64,000 nt of DNA from a virus (taxonomy: Duplodnaviria > Caudoviricetes): positions 1 to 64,000 of IMG/VR virus record IMGVR_UViG_2907208306_000002. One strand, 5' to 3'. This document shows positions 41,294 to 51,652 of the stretch, piece by piece. The notes below the pieces were generated by a model, which saw only the letters and a list, made by a program, of their open reading frames with translations, did not search any database and was not told where the DNA came from. How positions within the stretch are numbered: the stretch's first letter is position 1; each line of letters starts with the position of its first letter. Made by a program: the position numbers and the translations under genes.

Positions 41294-42336
41294 GTTTGAT
41301 TGAACTAAAATTAACACCTGAACGCATGATGTACCCTAAGAGTGAAGCGCTAAATAAAAATGATTTCCGAATCTATGCCTGTACTTCAGATAGCGCGGAT
41401 GTAGAGAAGAATGGTTTTGGTAACATTTCGATTAAAGGAATCATGCAACGCTTAGAGTTAGGTACAGAGTACACCGCACAAATTACTTTAGATAAGATTG
41501 ATCCCAAGTATGGAGCAAGTTACAATGTCTTGTCAATTTATCAAGACGTGCCAGAAACCCTTGATGGACAGAGGGAGTTTCTGGCTACATTAATGACAGA
41601 AATGCAGTTAGAAGAGGTGTATAAGACATATCCAGATGCAGATGTGATTGATTTAATACTGAACGACAAATTCGATTACAAGCAAGTGAAGTACTTTGGA
41701 GAAAAGACGTACTTAAAAATTAAGCATAGGATCAAAGAGAACATTGTAGGTACGGTTCAAATAAATAAATATATACAAAGTATAGTTAATCCTGAATGTG
41801 AGAATAAAAAGCAGCACGAATATGGTAAAGACAATGATAATGTGATACGTGTCGGTGATTTTGTTCTCAACACAGTAAATATGTACCAGGTCAAAAATCT
41901 AGAAGAAAGCAGCGTAGATATCGTGAATGGCGATGCCGGTAAAGTTCTAGATATAAAGTTTGAAGATGATAAACGAGATGATGATGACGAAGATTTACTC
42001 GAAAGAGAAAAGAAAGGTATTATCATTGGGTTTGATAGCGGAGCGTTTAGAATTGACTTTAATGATGTATTTCAATTATTAGCAGGGTGGTGTAGAACTG
42101 GTCATAAAGCACAGGGAGATAGTGCTCCTGCAGTGTTGAGCATTGTTGACCGGTCTCACAAGTTTCAAGTTTCAGCAAACATGCTATATACGATGCTTAC
42201 ACGGGCGAAGAAGAAAGGAATATTGATTACACAATCAGAGACAATCAACTTTGCAATTCGTAAGGTTGAAAGCAAGAGAAGGAATACTCATCTTTGTGAG
42301 CTGCTAAAACATACTGAGGCGGTAGCGGATGAGTAA
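41290..42336 (+). pseudogene. RecD2-like helicase with in-frame internal deletion
   Basis: N-terminal OB-like part and C-terminal motifs (VNGDAG, HKAQGD, LYTMLTRAK) present; no Walker A or B. Confidence 0.7.
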
Positions 42337-42955
42337 TGTAGCATGGATTCAACTACCAAGAAGTATCATCAAGGACCCAAGGCTTAGCAGCTTAGAGTTC
42401 TGCATTTTAGCAAGGTTCAAATTTCTGCAGTTTGCTTCATCTGGAATGGGTAAATTTGAGATTGATCTAAATGAACTAAAACGAAGTCTTGAAGTTAATG
42501 ATAACAGAACCCTTAAAAAAGCATTGGACAACTTATATCAGTATAAATACATAAGCAAACAGGTGACCTTCAACAGAGGGAGACCGGTTGAAGTGATATT
42601 AGATTTAGACAAGATGAATTTGAACAATGACTTTACACAGTTGCCACTGAAACTGTTCTCTAAGGTGGGCGAGATTGGTCACCATGGCTTCAGACTGCTT
42701 TACTACTATGAGAGTTACGTCAATCGGAATAAAGACCATAAGCAATTTTGTTTTGCTGCCTTAGAGACTATAGAGAATGAAACGGGCATATCCAGGAAGA
42801 CCATAGTGAAGTACAACAAGATACTAGTTAAAGCAAAGTTACTACAGATCGACAGACATGAACTTGAAACAGACTATCAGTATGATGAAGCAGGGGAACT
42901 AATTTTCAATAAATATAATAACCACTATGAAGTGAGGCTGGAGAAGTTGCTCTAG
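42329..42955 (+). CDS. Winged-helix replication initiator-like protein
   Basis: Two wHTH-like repeats (WIQLP.. and FTQLP..CFAALETIENETGISRKTI); iterons follow. Confidence 0.65.
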   Translation: MSNVAWIQLPRSIIKDPRLSSLEFCILARFKFLQFASSGMGKFEIDLNELKRSLEVNDNRTLKKALDNLYQYKYISKQVTFNRGRPVEVILDLDKMNLNNDFTQLPLKLFSKVGEIGHHGFRLLYYYESYVNRNKDHKQFCFAALETIENETGISRKTIVKYNKILVKAKLLQIDRHELETDYQYDEAGELIFNKYNNHYEVRLEKLL

Positions 42956-42993
42956 CCTCTTTTTAACCCCCCCTGTAGGCCCATTTTTACCTA

Positions 42994-43130
42994 AGTGTAA
43001 ATTATGCAGGAATCAGTGGAAATCATGCAGCTTCTAAGTGTAAAAAATGCAACTTCTAAGTGTAATTTATGCTGCATAAAATACACTCTATATATATATT
43101 AAATATAAAGTATAAAATATAAGAAAAGAT
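42994..43130. repeat. Iteron array plus AT-rich tract (putative origin)
   Basis: AGTGTAAATTATGCAG-like 16-mers at 42994, 43015, 43037, 43059; inverted copy at 43072-43087; then AT-rich run. Confidence 0.8.
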
Positions 43131-43642
43131 AACCAGTATTTAAAAGGGGGCCGGGAAAGATTCGCCCCTGTTTTTGTTGCTGTCTTTTTTGCTGGTGGGT
43201 GAGTTTTTGGAATTGGGGGGTAGATGATTTATTGGTTAGTTGTTTTTACCGATAAATTACAATGAAATTTGATGATGATTAGTTGGGGAAGGGTATTTGT
43301 ACCCATGGAGGGGGATATGTTGAAAATTTATGATTAATTAATTGTAATTTGAGGCTTAGAATCGATGTATGAGTGTAGGGTGAAGGTGAACACTCAGGAG
43401 GCAGTTATAGAGTTGTTGAAAATGTTTGAGTTGTTGTGTTGTGTGGGGTATGAGAGAACTTTATGAGGAGACTTGCTTATATTGCAATTAAATAATCAAT
43501 GAAATTGAGCATGGAATGTCTGGGTAGGGTGTTTGTATGGGTAAGGGTAGTAGTGTCCAAGATTCATGATAAATTAATTAGAAATTGGAGCGCAGAATCG
43601 ATGTTTAAAAGTCGAGTGGTCTACACTCCAATTGAAAGAACA

Positions 43643-44326
43643 CTATTTTGAGTTCAATGGGATCTCATCAATTAGTTCCGGATTAACATTCTTCACATTT
43701 CCCACCGATTTTGATACTGGATAAGAAATCATCTCTTCTGCAGGATATGGAGTTAACAAATCCAATAAAAGATCTTTGTCGGATGTCCCCTCATCAATCC
43801 AGATATTTAAATTCTCTTTGGTTAATATTACGGGCATTCTATCATGCACATCTTTAACAAGTGTGTTTGGTGTTGTGGTAATTATGGTACAACTTTGAAT
43901 GATATCCCCGGTTGGTGATTTCCACTGGTCATACAATCCTGCAAAGCCATATACCTTTTTTGTTTCAATCTGAAAACGATAAGGCTGCTTATCAGATCCG
44001 ATTTTCTTCCACTCATAAAAGCCGTCACTGGGAATAACTATTCGTTTATGAGCAATTAAATTTCTATATGCCGGTTTGGTTTGGAGAGTCTCTGCACGAG
44101 CATTAATCATGGAGAACCCAATTTTGATATCCTTTGCCCAAAACGGAACTAATCCCCATCTATACTCACTTAAGATACGCTTACCGTTTTCTTCGGTGAT
44201 TCCAAGGATCTTTTGAGACGGAGCAATATTATATCTTGGCTTATAATCCACATTAATGGATTCATCTATTGCAAACTCATTCATGATATTTTCAATGTCT
44301 GTTGTTAATGTAAATCTCCCGCACAT
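43643..44326 (-). CDS. SRAP/HMCES-family abasic-site protein (YoqW-like)
   Basis: MCGRF, RYNIAPSQ, WGLVPFW, NARAET, GFYEW, HDRMPVIL motifs. Confidence 0.95.
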   Translation of the reverse strand: MCGRFTLTTDIENIMNEFAIDESINVDYKPRYNIAPSQKILGITEENGKRILSEYRWGLVPFWAKDIKIGFSMINARAETLQTKPAYRNLIAHKRIVIPSDGFYEWKKIGSDKQPYRFQIETKKVYGFAGLYDQWKSPTGDIIQSCTIITTTPNTLVKDVHDRMPVILTKENLNIWIDEGTSDKDLLLDLLTPYPAEEMISYPVSKSVGNVKNVNPELIDEIPLNSK

Positions 44327-45372
44327 GCTCATAACCCCCATTTGATAACTGTTTGTTATTATCTGTTTACCCAAATATGAAGAAATTAAGAATGAAAAGT
44401 TAACCAGGTTCAAATGTAAAGGGAGGAGATGTAGTGGGTTAACTAGTTTAGAAAGTATTGATCGCATTACGACAGTGTTACGATAGCATTTTGCGAGTAA
44501 GAGCTGAAAAAGTCAATAAATATAAGGGGAAATTGGGTCAGGGGGTATATGAATCGGGAGGTGAGATCGTAAAAAGTGATATGGGATAAGAGAAAAATGG
44601 TGATTTGGAGGCGAAATAGGGGGAGGATGGAGAGAATACGTAAAAAAGTAAGGTGAAAAAGTGCTTAATTTATAAGGGGAAAATGGAGAAGGAACGATTG
44701 CATTTACGATTGCAGATTAGGTGAAAATGACGGAAATAAGTGGAAATGAAGGAGGGGGAGATGAAAATTTAAGTTGGGTGTGGAGATGGAAGTGCTGCCG
44801 GACTTTTTTGCATTTTTGCCATATTTTGGACTTTTAACTATCCCCCCACTCCCTTTATAGATGGTACATAAGATATATTGTATGCCATTTAGAGATAAGG
44901 AGGAGGTAAACCAATCCAGGACACCGGATTGAAAAGAAATGAAAGAAGTTTGAAAATTTTCACTCAAAAAGGGGATAGAAAAGCTCAATTTGGCTGCTCC
45001 TAGTCATATAGGAGGAGGGGGTATGCATATTCGTATAGTAACAGCGGAATTTTTGGCTTAGACTTATTATAGGTTGTATCTATCACATTATATCTATCCA
45101 TAGATCACATCTATATCATTACACTGACTTACACTATCGTTCCATTCACTCATACTCGCATATTATCGTTTATCTATAGTTTATATCTATATAATAATCC
45201 AACTCTATAGACAACATCTATAATGTAATATTCAATCACACCATACCTAATCTCTAATCTTAATTATAAATAAATATAAATATAGTATTTAAATTTCAAA
45301 TCATCCATGTTATAATTAAATAGTGTATATTCATCTCACATTTCATAATATCCAAATATAAGGAGGAGTTAA

Positions 45373-46299
45373 ATGATAGTTCACCCAGCATTCAATAATG
45401 ACAATCCATTGTATTCATGCAAGGTTACCGAGCTTCTTTCTAACCGAGATAACATACAGGGAGGAGGAGTTTATCAGATTAGAAACGTATCAAACAATAA
45501 AGTATACATAGGTAGCACCAAGAATTTTTATGATCGATTTAAGCAACACTATTATAGTTTAATCAACAACGCTAATGTATCTAAGCTTCAGAATGATTGG
45601 AATAGCCATGGTATTGATAAGCCTTTTACTTTTGATATACTTAAAGTTGTGAGTGACAATACTGATAGGGAAATGCTTTACAACCTGGAACAAGTATATT
45701 TAAATGAACATCGACCATTTGAATGTGGTTATAACACAATTAAGGAATCAGAAAGTACTGTCAAATATAAAAGCAGTAATAAAAGATTGAACAATATTAA
45801 GATGACTAAAGAACTTGAAATAGCCAGATATGAATGTCTTGAATACTTAAAGGATAATGCCAATAAACTTGTTGAAGCTGTATTTCAATATGAAGAAAAG
45901 AAGATGACTCCATTTGTTTATGATAAGTTGATTAAACTATACACCATCTTTCCATGTTTCTATCGTGCTGTATTAGATTATGTTGTACCACAATTCCCAG
46001 ACATGGAATGCAAACTAAAAATTATTGCATGGACAATTTATCTAAGAGATGACAATTGGCCACAGTTTAGAATAAGAGGGCAGGATAATAATCAAGACTT
46101 CATACGCTATGATATATCTTATGATCAATTAATTGAACTCCAACAGACATTAAACTTAGCTTATTATGATATTTTCAAACTCATATTCACGAACCAAGTT
46201 AGTTTCAACAAAATATCTATTGTTGAGAATAAGCGCAAAAGAAAAGGATCTAAACGATCAGCAGCATCAACAAAGAAAAGAATGTTGAAAATAAAATAA
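45373..46299 (+). CDS. GIY-YIG nuclease domain protein
   Basis: GVYQI..VYIGST..R. Confidence 0.8.
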   Translation: MIVHPAFNNDNPLYSCKVTELLSNRDNIQGGGVYQIRNVSNNKVYIGSTKNFYDRFKQHYYSLINNANVSKLQNDWNSHGIDKPFTFDILKVVSDNTDREMLYNLEQVYLNEHRPFECGYNTIKESESTVKYKSSNKRLNNIKMTKELEIARYECLEYLKDNANKLVEAVFQYEEKKMTPFVYDKLIKLYTIFPCFYRAVLDYVVPQFPDMECKLKIIAWTIYLRDDNWPQFRIRGQDNNQDFIRYDISYDQLIELQQTLNLAYYDIFKLIFTNQVSFNKISIVENKRKRKGSKRSAASTKKRMLKIK

Positions 46300-46329
46300 A
46301 TATATATGTTATATATAAGGAGAAATTAA

Positions 46330-47280
46330 ATGATCGACACATCAAAACTTTATAGTGGTCAACTTTTCAAGAACTATAAAGAATTATGTATGTTTCTTGA
46401 TGAGCCAATCAAGACAGCAGGAACCAAGTTAAAGCAGCTTGATGAGTTATCTAAGCATTGTTTATTTAATATTGCTAACAACAAAGAAATATATATTCAT
46501 CTGGTGTATGATGAGCCATTAGAACTCTCTCATACTAAATTTATTCTGAACAGGTTGGAACGTTATGTAATTGAGCATTACTTTATGTATGATAATGAAG
46601 ATAGAGTATTTATTCCTTTCGATAATATTAAAAGGATTACTCTGGATATAATCGAGGATCTGCAGAATTGTCTTTCTAAGTCTTATGACATTGATATGAA
46701 CATCGTTACACAATGCTTTAATGTTGATGATAATTCATTGCATAAATACATTGAGAAAATACTCAAGAAGCTAAATGGTCAATGTATAATCTATTGGACA
46801 CCCCAAAATAAGACCAGCACAGAGTATAGTATTATAGTTAACACATATTACTTTCAAAAGCAGATAATTAAAGAAGACATACTTAAACTGAACCTTTCGA
46901 AATATAAAATAAATATAGATGAATACAATGAAAATGTGCAAGGTATATACGCTATTTTTAATAAAGCTACAGGTAAAATTTATATCGGAAGTTCAATTAA
47001 TATACATAAGAGGATAGCACAACATATTGTTTTACTAAGCACCAATGGCCACTGTAATTCAGAATTGCAAAAAGATTACGCTAATTGTTCAACGGATTTT
47101 GAATTCATACTTATAGAGGAAGTTAACCACATTCCCGATTTGCCAAGTAACGAATCAAGTTGGATAAATATATTTGGTGGTCGCTTCAGCCAGAATGTCT
47201 ACAATCGATCTAATCCAACGAAGGAAGAAGGAGTAATAAAGGTAAGAAATGAAATTTATAGGAGGAGAACATATCAATAA
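46330..47280 (+). CDS. Protein with C-terminal GIY-YIG domain
   Basis: GIYAI..IYIGSS..KRI. Confidence 0.8.
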   Translation: MIDTSKLYSGQLFKNYKELCMFLDEPIKTAGTKLKQLDELSKHCLFNIANNKEIYIHLVYDEPLELSHTKFILNRLERYVIEHYFMYDNEDRVFIPFDNIKRITLDIIEDLQNCLSKSYDIDMNIVTQCFNVDDNSLHKYIEKILKKLNGQCIIYWTPQNKTSTEYSIIVNTYYFQKQIIKEDILKLNLSKYKINIDEYNENVQGIYAIFNKATGKIYIGSSINIHKRIAQHIVLLSTNGHCNSELQKDYANCSTDFEFILIEEVNHIPDLPSNESSWINIFGGRFSQNVYNRSNPTKEEGVIKVRNEIYRRRTYQ

Positions 47281-47349
47281 AAGTTAAGTGTATAATTGAC
47301 TAAATGATAAACAACATAATACAATCCATCTAAAAAGGAGCAGGAGAAC

Positions 47350-47775
47350 ATGAGCCTTACAAAATGTGTTGAATGTGGATCTAATGAGTTTAAACCAATT
47401 GAATACACAATGGAGCACCAGGAGAACGATAAAACGTTAGTTATCGAAAATATCCCAGCTGTACAATGCAATAACTGTAATGAAATCTATATCACTGCAG
47501 AAGGTAGCAAATACATTGATAAACAATTAGCAATATTCAGAAATGAAGGATTTGAAAATGCTGCCAAAGAGGTAATCAAGAATAAAGGTATTACTCAGGA
47601 ACAATTAGGGAACGCCTTAAACGTCACTAAGCAACGTGCTAATCAAATTTTGTCTGATGGTAATCTAGATGCACAAACAATGATCAAAGTATCTAAAGCA
47701 GTCAATGAACCGGTAGAGGTATTGTTTAAGTTCAGAAGGATTACCCAGAAGAATGATAAATATTACATTGTATAA
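47350..47775 (+). CDS. MqsA/YgiT-type Zn finger plus XRE HTH protein
   Basis: CVECG..IENIPAVQCNNCNE; HTH ITQEQLGNALNVTKQ. Confidence 0.8.
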   Translation: MSLTKCVECGSNEFKPIEYTMEHQENDKTLVIENIPAVQCNNCNEIYITAEGSKYIDKQLAIFRNEGFENAAKEVIKNKGITQEQLGNALNVTKQRANQILSDGNLDAQTMIKVSKAVNEPVEVLFKFRRITQKNDKYYIV

Positions 47776-47801
47776 CCGCTAAAACAGGCGGTTATTTTTT
47801 T
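47773..47801 (+). terminator. Intrinsic terminator
   Basis: TAACCGC..GCGGTTA followed by T run. Confidence 0.75.
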
Positions 47802-47816
47802 ATAAAACATTCGAAT

Positions 47817-47860
47817 AAAGTAAAGTAATTGCTTGACTTTATTAATAAAATAATTATAAT
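47817..47860 (+). promoter_or_regulatory. Repeated early promoter, class 1
   Basis: AAAGTAAA-N8-TTGACT-N16-TATAAT. Confidence 0.7.
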
Positions 47861-47898
47861 AATATATATAAGGAATAAACAAAAGGAGATGTTAATAA

Positions 47899-48546
47899 AT
47901 GAACTTCAATCAACTTTCCCAAATGGAACAAATGGATTATCTGTCTGAGCTTCTGGCAAATGAAATCTTTAATCTTGGTGAACTGCCGTACCATAAATTA
48001 TTACTTGGTCAGCAATTGACGGTTAAGAAAGGTTTTCATGAATCCCTGAAAGCTGAAAACATTCAAATTACAGACGTTCTTATCAAAGTAGTAGAGGAGG
48101 AGTTTGCAGGTTCTCCGATGGCTTCATTCCTTCGTGAGTATGGGTATTCCATTACTCAATCCAGTGAATTTACCGAAGTTGTGGAGCAGCTCACACCAGA
48201 ACGTAAAGTTACACTTATCAAGTTTTCGGAGTTTGGTTTCCCTGTGTTTATTAATACAGTTATTAACAGTGTAGAGGTTAAACCTTACGCACAATATAAT
48301 GAGTCTTTGCGTATCATCCACAAACCTAAAAAGAAACGGTCTTTGTGGCAAAATATCATTCTGCCTAAAGATGAACTACTTGTGTATGATGGTTGGTTAA
48401 ATGTTGATCTGGATATCATCACTAAAGAAACCATAAAGGAAAATGAATCAGTAAAAGTGACTCAATCTAAATATTCCAGTTTTGACCGTACTTTTATTGC
48501 TGATATTGTTTCTGCACTTGGTCAACCTATTGCAAAAGTTAATTGA
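47899..48546 (+). CDS. Hypothetical early protein
   Basis: AAGGAG RBS and promoter upstream. Confidence 0.7.
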   Translation: MNFNQLSQMEQMDYLSELLANEIFNLGELPYHKLLLGQQLTVKKGFHESLKAENIQITDVLIKVVEEEFAGSPMASFLREYGYSITQSSEFTEVVEQLTPERKVTLIKFSEFGFPVFINTVINSVEVKPYAQYNESLRIIHKPKKKRSLWQNIILPKDELLVYDGWLNVDLDIITKETIKENESVKVTQSKYSSFDRTFIADIVSALGQPIAKVN

Positions 48547-48566
48547 TTCAATCAATAAAACAACTA

Positions 48567-48595
48567 TATACATAATATGAATTACGTGCTATAAT
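48567..48595 (+). promoter_or_regulatory. Repeated early promoter, class 2
   Basis: TATACA-N17 (TG extended)-TATAAT; also at 56040-56068. Confidence 0.6.
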
Positions 48596-48638
48596 TAAGT
48601 ATATTCAAAAAACGGATAATACATAGGAGGTTGTTAAA

Positions 48639-50960
48639 ATGTGGTACGGTGACAAAAGAGAAGCTAAGGTAAATATCATGGGTAAATTAGTTGATGCAGG
48701 TTGGAAAGTATTTGGTTATTCTCCTGATCAATCAGACAGCATGACTGATTATTATGATCCTGCGTCCTGGTCTGGTGTAGCTACTAAGAATGGCTATGTA
48801 TTGTTGATCGATATTTATAGTTTACATGATTCTGGTCGTGAAGTTCGCAAATACAACTATAACAATAAAACATATGTTTCCAATGCACGTATTGAAAAAC
48901 TGAAAGCCATGATGAATGATCCAGCATCCACAGAAAACGAAAAAGCATCTTGTGCAACTTTGATTGAGAAGGAAATCGAAAAATCTAATGTTGAACCAAC
49001 TTATACGGTAGTGGAAACCTATCCAACATTTATGTACGCTAATCCAAGGGGGACAACTTGGCACATTGAAAAAGACGGTCAAATTATCGCAAAAGGTAAA
49101 GGCGTATTCTCCACAAATACATATGATTGGGAAAACAAAGAGTTAAACAGCACACAGCAAAAGGAAATTAAAATCAATGCATTTGTTGAACGTATCGAAA
49201 AGGTATTGAAGGATTCCGATGCATTGCAAGCTCATGTAATTAAGGTTCCAGTTAAGACAATTAAAGCAGTTGAAAAAGATGTCACTTCTATTACTGATGC
49301 AGATATCAAAGAAGGCTTTACATTTGTAATGAAAGTAGCCTATACACACGGAAATGGTAAGGGCACGAAATATTCTTTAGTTTATAAAGATGAACAATAT
49401 AATAAATATCATACCTTCGCTAAACTTGGAAAAACAAACAAACCTTCTAAAAGTATTGATAAATCTTGGAGTTTGTCCGTAGAGCGCATTAATGAATTAC
49501 TGGGTAAAGGTCATATTGCTATTATCGAATTTGTTGAAGTTACAGAATACCAAGAAAAGACAGTATTTAAAAAAACATCTCGCAAACAAACAGTTTCTAA
49601 TGCTCCAGCAATCGAAACAACGGAAGAAGTAAAAGAAACAGTAAACAACACAGAAGAAAACGAAGTTGCAGAACCGGCGACATCTAGACAGTTATGGGCA
49701 TTACATTGTGCAACTAAACTTGATACTAGAGAATTGAAAATTAGTAAAACAAAAGCCTCCGAACTGATTACTAAATCAAAGGCAGGACATAGCATCATTG
49801 AGGAAGTAAAAGTCTACATGAACACTAATGAAACGGTAGCACCTAACGAAGCAAAATCAAATAACGAAGAAGCTCAAACAGAAGCAAAAGAAGAGCAAAG
49901 CCAAGTGAAGTACATTTCTAAAATTAATAAGCAATTTGAAACAGTACAAAAGAAACTAGATTCTATTTCTGGCGAATATCTAACCAACACTTGGAAACGT
50001 CAAAATGAAGAAGCTTCTAGAGACGAAAAGAGGGAACAATACCGTTTTGATATTTCTTTGTTAAATCTGTTCAAAGAAAAGGCATCTAATAATGAAATGT
50101 CGTCTTTTGAAATAGCTTTACTAAATGGTGCTTTCCGCGAAGATATTAGAAGTAAATACAATTCAAAAATGAAACATAATTATGATATTAAATACCCAGA
50201 AATTGATCCTAAGTTAGACCTAAGTGGATGGTGGAATGTTGAAGTTCCTAAACGTCAAAAGCGATATAATAAAGCTAATATATACAATACAGAACAACTG
50301 ATCGAAGCAGTAAACCAATATGGAGAACTAGTAAAAGCAATCGAAACACCTGTAAATCCTGTTCAGCAGCAAATTAAAAAGCTTGAGAATGATGTTAAAT
50401 TAAGTAAAATACCTGGATACTTCCCAACTCCAAAAACAATTGTTCAATATATGATCGAGATGGCAGATATACAAGACGGTGAGACTATTTTAGAGCCGTC
50501 GGCAGGGAATGGAAACATTTTAGATGGGATAACACAATACACAATGGAAGAGGGTTTAGGCGTAAATCTAGAGGCTTTAGAATGGAATTATAGACTGTCC
50601 GAGATACTGGAACTAAAACAATATAAGATTGTGGGTAATGATTTCACAGAATTCGAACCAAATAATCTTTATGACAAGATTATTATGAATCCACCTTTTG
50701 AGAAAAACCAAGATGTTGAACACGTATTAAAGGCTTATGAGTGTTTGAAAGATGGAGGTAAAATAGTTGCTATCATGTCTCCACATTGGACCTTTGCAAG
50801 CGATTCTAAAAGCGTTCAGTTCCGTGAATGGCTCAGTGATAAGGGGACAACCGAAAAGCTTCCAGAGGGGTCATTTAAAGAGTCTGGGACGGGAGTAAAT
50901 ACTGTTTTAGTGGTCATTGATAAGCCATACAATAATACAAGTGAGCAATTAGCGGGTTAA
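48639..50960 (+). CDS. Large protein with C-terminal amino (N6-adenine-type) DNA methyltransferase-like domain
   Basis: YFPTP, ILEPSAGNG (SAM binding), IMNPPF (motif IV), FKESGT. Confidence 0.82.
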   Translation: MWYGDKREAKVNIMGKLVDAGWKVFGYSPDQSDSMTDYYDPASWSGVATKNGYVLLIDIYSLHDSGREVRKYNYNNKTYVSNARIEKLKAMMNDPASTENEKASCATLIEKEIEKSNVEPTYTVVETYPTFMYANPRGTTWHIEKDGQIIAKGKGVFSTNTYDWENKELNSTQQKEIKINAFVERIEKVLKDSDALQAHVIKVPVKTIKAVEKDVTSITDADIKEGFTFVMKVAYTHGNGKGTKYSLVYKDEQYNKYHTFAKLGKTNKPSKSIDKSWSLSVERINELLGKGHIAIIEFVEVTEYQEKTVFKKTSRKQTVSNAPAIETTEEVKETVNNTEENEVAEPATSRQLWALHCATKLDTRELKISKTKASELITKSKAGHSIIEEVKVYMNTNETVAPNEAKSNNEEAQTEAKEEQSQVKYISKINKQFETVQKKLDSISGEYLTNTWKRQNEEASRDEKREQYRFDISLLNLFKEKASNNEMSSFEIALLNGAFREDIRSKYNSKMKHNYDIKYPEIDPKLDLSGWWNVEVPKRQKRYNKANIYNTEQLIEAVNQYGELVKAIETPVNPVQQQIKKLENDVKLSKIPGYFPTPKTIVQYMIEMADIQDGETILEPSAGNGNILDGITQYTMEEGLGVNLEALEWNYRLSEILELKQYKIVGNDFTEFEPNNLYDKIIMNPPFEKNQDVEHVLKAYECLKDGGKIVAIMSPHWTFASDSKSVQFREWLSDKGTTEKLPEGSFKESGTGVNTVLVVIDKPYNNTSEQLAG

Positions 50961-50964
50961 AATA

Positions 50965-51021
50965 AAAGTAAAACGAACACTTGACTTTTTCTTATAAAGT
51001 AAATATAATGATAATATAAAG
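50965..51021 (+). promoter_or_regulatory. Repeated early promoter, class 1
   Basis: AAAGTAAA-N8-TTGACT-N17-TATAAT-GATAATATAAAG. Confidence 0.8.
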
Positions 51022-51044
51022 TTTATTCATTGGAGGCGGTAGAG

Positions 51045-51272
51045 ATGACGGGTGAAAATTTTAAAGGTTTGAACCGTAAAAACTCAGCAATCGAAAAATT
51101 AAAAGAGGAATTACAAAGTGCAAAAGAATCCTTTACTAAGTATGCAAAAAATGCTGATGAAGAAAGTTGGTCTTTTATTACACTGAATAAACTAGAAAAT
51201 GAAATTATGGAGTTAGAATATGAATTGGATTGTGCTATTTATGAAGACAATCGAAGAAGAAACTGGAAGTGA
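51045..51272 (+). CDS. Small coiled-coil hypothetical protein
   Basis: GGAGG RBS before ATG at 51045. Confidence 0.65.
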   Translation: MTGENFKGLNRKNSAIEKLKEELQSAKESFTKYAKNADEESWSFITLNKLENEIMELEYELDCAIYEDNRRRNWK

Positions 51273-51333
51273 CCGGGTCATTGTTAGATAGATAACATAA
51301 TGAAATGCGAATTTTATAAGGAGTTGAATACCC

Positions 51334-51528
51334 ATGAATTTTAAACCGTTATCTATTTACCTGATCGACTATGGAACGCATACCAAACTTGCTACATTTA
51401 GGATCAAACAAAAGAACTTAAATCATTTCTTTGATGTTGATGGAGAGTTTTCATTATCGGACGAATTCCTTAAAAGAGGAGTTATTGTAGTGACAGAGCT
51501 TGAAGAAGATGAGGAAGGCATATTCTAA
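51334..51528 (+). CDS. Small hypothetical protein
   Basis: AAGGAG RBS directly after palindrome. Confidence 0.65.
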   Translation: MNFKPLSIYLIDYGTHTKLATFRIKQKNLNHFFDVDGEFSLSDEFLKRGVIVVTELEEDEEGIF

Positions 51529-51551
51529 AAGTAGGCAGCGAAAATATTTAA

Positions 51552-51608
51552 AAAGTAAAATAAATACTTGACTTAAACCAATAAAACAAATATAATAATA
51601 ATATAAAG
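51552..51608 (+). promoter_or_regulatory. Repeated early promoter, class 1
   Basis: AAAGTAAA-N8-TTGACT-N17-TATAAT-AATAATATAAAG. Confidence 0.8.
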
Positions 51609-51652
51609 TAAATAAGTAATTGAAATACTCATTTTATAAGGAGTTGAATGAG

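Noticed and set aside
42994-43087. Short repeat array as a CRISPR mini-array
   Set aside because: The period is only 21-22 bp, there are no unique spacers and no cas genes; it fits iterons.
44704-44988. 94-aa minus-strand ORF
   Set aside because: No RBS; its composition simply reflects the G-rich skew.
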